Both the position numbers and the translations under genes were made by a program. A stretch of DNA of 64,000 bases. Origin: an uncultured Clostridia bacterium (GTDB lineage Bacteria > Bacillota > Clostridia > TANB77 > CAG-508). The notes under the pieces were generated by a model. The model worked only from the letters and a program-made list of their open reading frames with translations. It was not told where the DNA came from and made no database searches. The stretch lies in contig CALXFG010000001.1 of the NCBI GenBank assembly GCA_944387505.1, positions 13,167 to 77,166 of the forward strand, read 5' to 3'. Below, in pieces: positions 57,011-64,000 of this stretch. Every line of letters starts with the position of its first letter. Position 1 is the stretch's first letter.

Positions 57011-58363
57011 CTAATTTAATTCTACTATCATTTCTCCCAATATGTTTTTTTTCTCTTCACCATAAGAATTAACTTTTCTTTCAACTGGCACAATTTTTAT
57101 ACTGTCCAAATTCTCTTTCTTTTCAATAATTACATATTCTGTTAAATACATAGTTGCATTTTTAAAATCTTTGGCAGTTCCTATATCACCTGTTGCCCAT
57201 TCTTCTGTCTTTCCATCTTGATAAGTAATGGTTCTTTTTACCTCATATTGACAAGAACTAAGTTCACTATTGTTATTATCATAAACATTAAAATCTACTA
57301 AACCAATATGTTGTTCATTTCTAGTATTAGATAAACTTTGTTGACTCATATCATCTATTTTAGTTGTTATTTTTGCAATAATTTGCAATGGGGTTATCTT
57401 GACTTCTTCTACTTTTTGAGTCATTTTCTTATAACTTACTAATGTGTTTTCTGGGGTTATTACTTTTGTGTTTTGAATTGCTTTTGCCTTAGAAACTTCT
57501 ACCTCAAAATTGCCACCTATATTTATATACCTCTCATTATTTGGTGTATTGACAGTCTGTATTCCACTTTCTGTTTCCCTTTTTTTACCAGTATTTGCTA
57601 GTACAACATTATTTAAGGTAATCTTAAAATTTTCTTTATTATCTAATTCATCATCAGTCAATAAAAATAATTGATATACCTTATATTCATAATCTGAAAT
57701 TTTTGTTACTGTCTGCGTTGTTTTTGTCCAAAATTTTTCATTATCTATAATTACATTATATGTAGGTTCACTAGCATAATAAGTTCTACCATATTCTTCT
57801 CGTTCTTGACCAAAAAATATTAATTCTACTGTATTTAAAGTATCTTTTGCTTTTAACATATGATCATAATTTGGTGTTTCTCCTGTACCATTATATTGTT
57901 TTTCATCCATTTCTTTTGCCTGTTGTAAATCTTCTTCCGTAACAATGCTTTCTCCTAATCTAAGATATTCTTTGTCCTTTTTACTCAATTTTATATCAAA
58001 TTCTAATATCGTAAATCCTTCATCACCAACTGTCGAAACTAAATCAATTTTAGTTTGATCATAAGTAATCTCTTGACCTTCAACTTTTACTTTATAATCT
58101 TCATATTCATCTGAAAATTTAATACCTATCCATTCAAATATAGGTTTTCCTTCTATAGTACCACCAAAAGCAGCATAAACAGATACACTTCCTATAAGAA
58201 CAATTATCATAGAAGCCATTACTGTGAATATTTTTCTCATATAAAACCTCCAATCGTTTTTATTTTTGTGTCGTAATGTGTATTGTATTCTGTGTTCAAC
58301 TTTTAGAGGAATATCGATGTGTTCCTGACTTGCTGTTTCTAACATTTCTTCAATATCTTTCAT
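57011..58363 (-). CDS. putative anti-sigma factor (single-pass membrane protein, DUF4179-like)
   Basis: Starts 2 nt after the stop of the ECF sigma gene. Short cytoplasmic N-terminus, one TM helix (IFTVMASMIIVLIGSVSVYA), large extracytoplasmic domain. Confidence 0.55.
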   Translation of the reverse strand: MKDIEEMLETASQEHIDIPLKVEHRIQYTLRHKNKNDWRFYMRKIFTVMASMIIVLIGSVSVYAAFGGTIEGKPIFEWIGIKFSDEYEDYKVKVEGQEITYDQTKIDLVSTVGDEGFTILEFDIKLSKKDKEYLRLGESIVTEEDLQQAKEMDEKQYNGTGETPNYDHMLKAKDTLNTVELIFFGQEREEYGRTYYASEPTYNVIIDNEKFWTKTTQTVTKISDYEYKVYQLFLLTDDELDNKENFKITLNNVVLANTGKKRETESGIQTVNTPNNERYINIGGNFEVEVSKAKAIQNTKVITPENTLVSYKKMTQKVEEVKITPLQIIAKITTKIDDMSQQSLSNTRNEQHIGLVDFNVYDNNNSELSSCQYEVKRTITYQDGKTEEWATGDIGTAKDFKNATMYLTEYVIIEKKENLDSIKIVPVERKVNSYGEEKKNILGEMIVELN

Positions 58364-58365
58364 AT

Positions 58366-58875
58366 TTAATCTCCTTCATATTGTTTTTTTAACTTGTCTT
58401 TACTTCTAGAAATTTTACTTCTTATTGTCCCTTCATTTTTTTTCAATATTTTACTAATTTCTTTTGTTGTATATCCTGAACAATAATATAATGTTAATAT
58501 TAATTTTTCTTCTGAATCCAAATTTCTGATTAGTACATCAAATCCAATCGATTGATCATAGTTTTCTTCAAACTTGATGTATTTTTCAAATTCTTTATCT
58601 TCAAAAGAAATACTATATTTACTTTTTTTCTTATAAATTTTATTACATTCATTGATTAAAATTCTGATTACCCATGTTTTAAAGAATTTATTATTTTTTA
58701 ATCTATGTAAGTTTTTAAAACATTGTAAGATAGTTTCTTGCATTGCATCTGCTATATCATCATCACTATATAATCTTGTTTTTGCTATTAAATACATTTC
58801 TTCTTTTATTGACAAGATAAGTTCATCAAAAGCTTTCCCATCTTTATTTTTTGCTCTTTTTACCAGTTCTTCCAC
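58366..58875 (-). CDS. ECF-type sigma-70 family RNA polymerase sigma factor
   Basis: Region 2 (FDELI...MYLIAKTRL...DDIADAMQET) and region 4 HTH (LYYCSGYTTKEISKILKKNEGTIRSKISRSKDKL). GTG start 7 nt after GGAGG. Confidence 0.85.
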   Translation of the reverse strand: MEELVKRAKNKDGKAFDELILSIKEEMYLIAKTRLYSDDDIADAMQETILQCFKNLHRLKNNKFFKTWVIRILINECNKIYKKKSKYSISFEDKEFEKYIKFEENYDQSIGFDVLIRNLDSEEKLILTLYYCSGYTTKEISKILKKNEGTIRSKISRSKDKLKKQYEGD

Positions 58876-59021
58876 TTTTATTCCTCCAAATTTATCTTAT
58901 ATGTACATATTTGATACTTATTAGATTTATTTAAGGTATATTTTTGTTGCATGATATTTCCTTTTTATTATAATAAAAAGATAGAAATTAATCTATCTTT
59001 CTATTATTATATTTTTTTATA

Positions 59022-60167
59022 TTATCTTTCAAAATATGCTTGATCGCCACCTATTATCTCTCCTGTGGTAGCATCAACATAATAGTATTTGTTCATTCCC
59101 TCTTTTACATATTGATTATGGTCCATGTAATCTTTCCATTTTGCATCGTGCTCTACTTTAATTTTCCATACTTTCCTTGTTATATTTTCTGTTTTATAAT
59201 ATGTTTCATCTTCCATAGTACCTGTAACATCATATTTATCATTTTCAAGTTGATAAATAAATGCATTCATTTTTTCTATTGATAAACTGCTTGTTATATT
59301 CGTAATTTCATTAGGACTCAATTCTTGTTCTTTCTTTTTAGCAATATTGATAGCCTCTTCCTCAGTAATGACTACTGGGTTATTTTGATACGTATTATCA
59401 GTGCCTATTAAGATGGAGTTTAAATATATTTTTCCATTATCATACATAAAAGAAATACTAAATGATTCATATTTATTTGCTACACCATCATAATATTTAT
59501 AAAAGTTTGCTCCTAATAATTTATTTGTTTGGTTTTCAAAAGAATAATCTTGTGCACTTGTTTTAGATAGAATATATTTACCTTCTTCTATACCTAATTT
59601 ATTATATACATCAGTTGATATTTTAGCAATTTCTTTATCATCTAATACTTGTGAATCAAGATGCTTATATTTTAAATCCATGTCATTAAATGCAATAAAC
59701 TCTCCACCTTTTGCATTCAATTGAACCATAAGTCCTTCTTCATATCCCCATTTTGTTTTTACCATATAATAACTGTCAACATCTTCGTCATAACCTCTTT
59801 TTAATTCGACTCTATTTATGGTTTGATTTTCATAACCTAATTTTTCTAATATTTCAAGTCCTTTTGTCTTCGCTTCATCTTCACTAATTAATGCTTTCTT
59901 TTCTTCTTCTGTAACTTCTGCTGGTGGTAATTCATTTATCATTTCTTCTTCTGTATAACTTTTAGGCTCTTTCCATATTTTTTCATATAAATTTGTTGTA
60001 GCAAATACCACCCCTGTTCCCAAGCCTAATACAACTAAGATTGCTGCAACTGATTTTGTTATTTTGTTCATTTTAGGCATAGTCTTTTCCTCCTTTTTAA
60101 ATTCGGATACAGCTATTTTCATTTGTGATTTTTCAATTATATTTTCAATTATTTTATTTTCGTTCAT
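59022..60167 (-). CDS. putative anti-sigma/membrane-anchored extracytoplasmic protein
   Basis: Overlaps the stop of the upstream sigma gene. One TM helix (SVAAILVVLGLGTGVVFA). Start taken at the second ATG (60167), 7 nt after AGGGGG. Confidence 0.5.
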   Translation of the reverse strand: MNENKIIENIIEKSQMKIAVSEFKKEEKTMPKMNKITKSVAAILVVLGLGTGVVFATTNLYEKIWKEPKSYTEEEMINELPPAEVTEEEKKALISEDEAKTKGLEILEKLGYENQTINRVELKRGYDEDVDSYYMVKTKWGYEEGLMVQLNAKGGEFIAFNDMDLKYKHLDSQVLDDKEIAKISTDVYNKLGIEEGKYILSKTSAQDYSFENQTNKLLGANFYKYYDGVANKYESFSISFMYDNGKIYLNSILIGTDNTYQNNPVVITEEEAINIAKKKEQELSPNEITNITSSLSIEKMNAFIYQLENDKYDVTGTMEDETYYKTENITRKVWKIKVEHDAKWKDYMDHNQYVKEGMNKYYYVDATTGEIIGGDQAYFER

Positions 60168-60708
60168 AACCATACCCCCTTTTTTCTAATTCTTTTTTTA
60201 ATTTTTTTCTTATTCTGGACAATCTTGATTTTACTTTAATTTCTGATATGCCAAGTTCCCTAGATATATCCTTTATTTTTTTTGAAGAGTAGTAATAACT
60301 TATAAAGATTTTTCTATCTTCTTCTTTCATGTCCTTTAATTCTTCCATGATAATTCTTGTTTTTTCATTTTCTTCTGTTGTATTATAAACATCTGTATTA
60401 TCCTGTATAGATTTTTCTAAAATTTCTATATCTAAGTTCTGATTTATATTCGTTCTTTGTTTTTTCAAAATTAATTTTTTGGTTATTCCTGCAATATATG
60501 GTTTGATTTCTTTATTTATATCTAATTTTTTTTGATTTTGCCATATTACCAGAAATACATCAGAAGCAATTTCCTCAATATCTTCATCATTAAAATTATA
60601 TTTACTATTTTTTATAATAACAAAAACATATCCAGCAAAGTCTTTCATGATATTTGTTATATTAAGTTTTCCTTCAAAAATATATTCTCTTATTTTCTTA
60701 TTACTCAT
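60154..60708 (-). CDS. ECF-type sigma-70 family sigma factor
   Basis: Region 4 HTH (YYYSSKKIKDISRELGISEIKVKSRLSRIRKKL). Start at MSNKKIRE (60708), 8 nt after AAGGAG. Confidence 0.8.
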   Translation of the reverse strand: MSNKKIREYIFEGKLNITNIMKDFAGYVFVIIKNSKYNFNDEDIEEIASDVFLVIWQNQKKLDINKEIKPYIAGITKKLILKKQRTNINQNLDIEILEKSIQDNTDVYNTTEENEKTRIIMEELKDMKEEDRKIFISYYYSSKKIKDISRELGISEIKVKSRLSRIRKKLKKELEKRGYGYERK

Positions 60709-60900
60709 TTTGCTTAGAGCTCCTTTTTTAGATATCCAACTACATATTACCATTTTTTTGAAAAAGGTAACATTAAAATAAAATATATTCAAAAAAATGA
60801 AAAATTTAAAGAAATTGCATTTGATAATTTTTAATAGTATAGTATAATCTTGGTAAATAGTAATTTTTATAACATAAAATATTAAGAAAGAGTTAGGATT

Positions 60901-61170
60901 ATGGAAAAGTTTTATTATGAGAGGCCTACAATAAATAGGAAGAAAGAAGCAATTGAATATGTAAAAGAATATAAAATTGATTATGCATATCTTGATTGTT
61001 TAGATACAAATATAGGCTCATATAAAACTATGGAAGCATTGGGTGGTGTGTTAATCGAAAAAAAAGAAAAGGAACATAATGGACAGGTTGACTTGTGGAG
61101 AAAATATTATTTTGATGTAAATAAATGTTTAGAAGAAAATAAAGATAAAATGTTACCATTTTTAGCTTAA
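60901..61170 (+). CDS. short GNAT-like acetyltransferase remnant (probably truncated)
   Basis: The ERPTINRKKEAIEYVKE N-terminus joins directly to a ...LDCLDTNIGSYKTMEALGGVL C-terminal GNAT-like strand. At 89 aa it is too short for a full GNAT fold. Confidence 0.35.
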   Translation: MEKFYYERPTINRKKEAIEYVKEYKIDYAYLDCLDTNIGSYKTMEALGGVLIEKKEKEHNGQVDLWRKYYFDVNKCLEENKDKMLPFLA

Positions 61171-61362
61171 ATAAAACTTATAATTTGAAAGATAAATTGC
61201 AATTAGTTTAAATATTTGAGCATTTACTTAGATATTTAATGAAATAAATTAAAAATCCTTTTATGTTGGCTTGTTTTTTATTGTAAATTATTGTAATATA
61301 ATAGCAACCTTTCGCTTGAAAAGGTCAGTCTTTTTCTTAAAGGCGGAAAGGGGTGTCTATAT

Positions 61363-61488
61363 ATGACCATCGGAGATGCACTTCTTTGTTTAGTTGATAA
61401 ATTGTTAGATGAAAGAGAAAAAGTTGTCAAACTTGAACTTTCTAAACAAAGTCAACAAAATACTGAAGCGCAAACAAGCAAAGACTAA
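61363..61488 (+). CDS. possible 41-aa small protein
   Basis: MTIGDALLCLVDKLLDEREKVVKLELSKQSQQNTEAQTSKD. AAAGGGGTG RBS and a terminator at 61511. No homology claim. Confidence 0.3.
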   Translation: MTIGDALLCLVDKLLDEREKVVKLELSKQSQQNTEAQTSKD

Positions 61489-61510
61489 TGTAGACATTAC
61501 ATAATAGTCG

Positions 61511-61546
61511 ACAGAGTAGATAGTTGCAGTCTGCTCTGTTTTTTTG
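61511..61546 (+). terminator. rho-independent terminator
   Basis: ACAGAGTAGAT ... GTCTGCTCTGT stem (with G-U pairs) followed by TTTTTTT. Confidence 0.65.
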
Positions 61547-61769
61547 ACATAAAAAAAGTATGTGCAGTTGCATTACACATACATCCATATTTGACCATCG
61601 GAGTCAAACACATTTATTCTGTACTTAAATAATAACATATTATTAGTGCCTTGTCAAATGAATTTTCAAAAAACTCAACTGTTAAGATATTCCTCACTTT
61701 TGTTAGTTATGAAAAGCATAAAAAAAGCCAATCATCAAGAGCTTCCCTCAAAACGAATGACCTTTATAA

Positions 61770-61846
61770 TGGAGCCACTTCCCAGATTCGAACTGGGGAC
61801 CCTCGCATTACAAGTGCGATGCTCTGGCCAGCTGAGCTAAAGTGGC
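61770..61846 (-). tRNA. tRNA-Thr (anticodon TGT)
   Basis: Reverse complement GCCACTTTAGCTCAGCTGGCCAGAGCATCGCACTTGTAATGCGAGGGTCCCCAGTTCGAATCTGGGAAGTGGCTCCA. Confidence 0.9.
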
Positions 61847-61851
61847 AAAAT

Positions 61852-61926
61852 TGGTGACCCCGACGGGAATCGAACCCATGTCTCCGCCGTGAAAGGGCGG
61901 TGTCTTAACCGCTTGACCACGGGGCC
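61852..61926 (-). tRNA. tRNA-Glu (anticodon TTC)
   Basis: Reverse complement GGCCCCGTGGTCAAGCGGTTAAGACACCGCCCTTTCACGGCGGAGACATGGGTTCGATTCCCGTCGGGGTCACCA. Confidence 0.9.
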
Positions 61927-61967
61927 TTATAAAGAACTAAATTAAATTTAGTTCTTTTGGTGAGCCA

Positions 61968-62043
61968 TCCGCGACTCGAACGCGGGACAACTTGATTAAA
62001 AGTCAAGTGCTCTACCACCTGAGCTAATGGCCCATATGTGCGT
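61968..62043 (-). tRNA. tRNA-Lys (anticodon TTT)
   Basis: Reverse complement GGGCCATTAGCTCAGGTGGTAGAGCACTTGACTTTTAATCAAGTTGTCCCGCGTTCGAGTCGCGGATGGCTCACCA. Confidence 0.9.
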
Positions 62044-62107
62044 TATCTAGAACGCTTTTATAGTTTACAATATTTTTTAGCAGTTGTCAATAGATTTATG
62101 AAAAATT

Positions 62108-62182
62108 TGTGAAATTTTTTTGTTTTTTTGATAAAACTTCCATTTTTTAAAATGATTTCACAAATTTTTCATCTTTATAATC
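62108..62182. repeat. perfect 18-bp inverted repeat with 39-nt spacer
   Basis: ATGAAAAATTTGTGAAAT (62108-62125) and ATTTCACAAATTTTTCAT (62165-62182), between the DUF1858 gene and the tRNA cluster. Confidence 0.7.
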
Positions 62183-62238
62183 TATTTTAAATGCATCATT
62201 TAATCTCAAAATCATATTTTATTTTTATGACTTTCTTA

Positions 62239-62427
62239 TTATTCTGCATTTAATTTTTCTAATACATCTTCTACATCGATTCCATGAACATCACAAGCTT
62301 CTTCAATTGTTTCCATTTGAGATGCAGGACAACCTATACAATGCATTCCAACATTTAATAATATTTCTGCTTTTTCTGGTGCAACTTCTAATAATTCTCC
62401 AATTCTTGTATCTTTATTAAATTTCAT
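62239..62427 (-). CDS. DUF1858-family small redox-associated protein
   Basis: TIGELLEVAPEKAEILLNVGMHCIGCPASQMETIEEAC matches the DUF1858 / hybrid-cluster-protein-associated pattern. Confidence 0.7.
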   Translation of the reverse strand: MKFNKDTRIGELLEVAPEKAEILLNVGMHCIGCPASQMETIEEACDVHGIDVEDVLEKLNAE

Positions 62428-62614
62428 TGTTCTTCCTCCCTTTTTGTTTACTATTATTCAGAATAACATAATTTAGATGATTTATTTAGCTATTGGTTAC
62501 ATATATACTCTAAATAATAACCATCTTTATAAATTTTATCACAAATTTTGCAAAAAGTATAGACAAATGATAAAAAATATTGTATTATGGAAAAAATTGT
62601 AAGGTGGTGATTAT

Positions 62615-62773
62615 ATTTTTACACTTCTAGATTTATTTTTTATCTCTTTTATTATTCATCTTTTTATTACTTTATATTCAATTTATACATTTTTTGATAT
62701 CAAAATTTTTCATAATCAACAAGGTTCAAAATTAAAATTAAAACAAAAATTCATAGAGAAAGGAGGTTCTTAG
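62615..62773 (+). CDS. possible 52-codon membrane peptide with a non-canonical (ATT) start
   Basis: Open frame from 62603 to TAG at 62771 with no ATG/GTG/TTG. AAGGTGG lies 7 nt upstream of ATT at 62615. Hydrophobic product FTLLDLFFISFIIHLFITLYSIY. Confidence 0.2.
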   Translation: MFTLLDLFFISFIIHLFITLYSIYTFFDIKIFHNQQGSKLKLKQKFIEKGGS

Positions 62774-62776
62774 TTT

Positions 62777-64000
62777 ATTAAACGATTTTTAATTTTACGC
62801 TTTTTGAAAATATTGCTTATTTTATTTTTTTCTGCGTTTTTTATTTTTTTACACTTTCATTTCTTTTCTTCTATTTATACTGCAGAAGAATTAATTATTC
62901 CATACGGATTAAAACCCTTTGATATTTGTTCAAAAAATCCAATTTTATGGAAATATATAAAAATCATACACATTGTTAGTTTCACTTTTTCAATAATTAT
63001 CATAACTAATTGTTTCTTTTCTAAATTGTTTAGAAAATTCTTTACATCTGAAAAAACAAATTCAAAAATCGCAAAAACAAATTCCAGTTTATCCATGAAA
63101 CATAAAAATATATCTAATACCAATAGCCTAGGTTTATTCATTGGATTTGACGAAAATTCAAAAAAAAATATGTATATTCCTGAAAGTGGATTATATCAAA
63201 ATTTTTTAATTACAGGTACCATTGGTTCTGGAAAAACCTCTTCTGCTATGTATCCTTTTACAGAACAAATCCTTAAGTTTAATAGCCAACATTTAAATAA
63301 AAAGATAGCAATGCTTATTTTAGATGTAAAAGGAAATTACTACTCGCAAGTAAAACAATTTTCTAAGATGTATGATCTACTTTCTGATTTAATTGTTATA
63401 GAACTACACTCTCATATTCATTATAATCCTTTACATAAACCACATTTAAAGCCTCAAGTATTAGCAAATCGTTTAAAAACTATTCTTCTATTATTCTCAG
63501 AAAATAATTCAGAATCTTATTGGTTAGACAAAGCAGAGCAAGTTTTAACAGAATGTATCAAATTGTGTCGTTTTTATAATCAAGGATATGTTACATTTTT
63601 AGAACTTCATAAGTTAATAACCATACCAACATATTATAAAGAAAAAATTCCTATATTAAAAGAATTATTTATTCATGGAAAATTAAAAAAACAGGAAATT
63701 TATGAATTAAATGCTTGCTTAGATTTTTTTGAAAAAGAATTTGAAGCTTTAGACCAACGAACAAAAGCAATTCTAATTTCTGAAATTACGCGAATGACAA
63801 ATACTTTTGTTTCCGATTACGATGTCATGTCTTGTTTTTGTTCTCCTAAGGAAAAACTTACTTTTACTGGTTTTGAAGAAGTTATAAAAAAAGGAAAAAT
63901 TGTGGTATTAAATATGAATATTTCTGAATATGCCAATCTATCAAAAATCATTGCAACTTATCTAAAATTAGATTTTCAAACAGAAGTATTAACAAATTTA
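62777..64000 (+). CDS. type IV coupling-protein-like P-loop NTPase (VirD4/TraG/TraD-like), partial, runs off window
   Basis: N-terminal TM helices, then Walker A LITGTIGSGKTSS at ~63205-63245. The frame is open from 62774 to the window end. Start uncertain: ATT at 62777 lies 10 nt after AGGAGG, and the next canonical start is TTG at 62804 without an RBS. Confidence 0.55.
   Translation, partial: MKRFLILRFLKILLILFFSAFFIFLHFHFFSSIYTAEELIIPYGLKPFDICSKNPILWKYIKIIHIVSFTFSIIIITNCFFSKLFRKFFTSEKTNSKIAKTNSSLSMKHKNISNTNSLGLFIGFDENSKKNMYIPESGLYQNFLITGTIGSGKTSSAMYPFTEQILKFNSQHLNKKIAMLILDVKGNYYSQVKQFSKMYDLLSDLIVIELHSHIHYNPLHKPHLKPQVLANRLKTILLLFSENNSESYWLDKAEQVLTECIKLCRFYNQGYVTFLELHKLITIPTYYKEKIPILKELFIHGKLKKQEIYELNACLDFFEKEFEALDQRTKAILISEITRMTNTFVSDYDVMSCFCSPKEKLTFTGFEEVIKKGKIVVLNMNISEYANLSKIIATYLKLDFQTEVLTNL

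Overview
AT-rich window that looks like chromosome from a low-GC Firmicute (Clostridia-like). The organism is inferred from gene content only, and all product calls rest on motifs read by eye in the supplied translations, because no searches were run. Housekeeping content: (a) an OmpR-type two-component pair at the left edge; (b) a complete nine-gene V-type ATPase operon (4385-12731); (c) six tRNAs (Pro-TGG, Arg-ACG, Lys-CTT, Thr-TGT, Glu-TTC, Lys-TTT); (d) DUF2207, guanine deaminase, M23 peptidase, HtrA and an acyl-CoA synthetase; (e) a 2470-aa bimodular NRPS (C-A-T-C-A-T-R, 33757-41169), followed directly by a 7TM-PAS histidine kinase and then a REC-HD-GYP regulator; (f) tex, comEB, an ABC-F ATPase, DUF378, corA, a VanW/G5 protein, an SDR, a frameshifted membrane-protein pseudogene, two adjacent ECF sigma/anti-sigma pairs, and a partial coupling-protein-like gene at the right edge. 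Between the V-ATPase operon and tRNA-Pro lies about 12.6 kb of accessory DNA (12.75-25.42 kb). A 12-nt duplicate of the tRNA-Pro 3' end at 15035-15046 marks an integrase-less integrated element (about 15.05-25.42 kb). That element carries a RepA_N replication gene with iterons, a MobV relaxase with oriT-like hairpins, an LRR/transglutaminase-like fusion protein, gene debris, and the most interesting locus. That locus is a retron-like operon (17459-19947): promoter, G+C-rich structured ncRNA, 55-aa cationic peptide, XRE HTH, retron-type reverse transcriptase and a DUF3800-like protein. Two families of long hairpin-forming intergenic repeats are also present. One is a ~310-bp MITE-like element with GGGATTTTGGGGACGGACTC termini, seen as two full copies plus solo ends. 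The other is a ~180-190-bp palindromic element, seen just upstream of the V-ATPase and NRPS promoters. No CRISPR array and no rRNA were seen.
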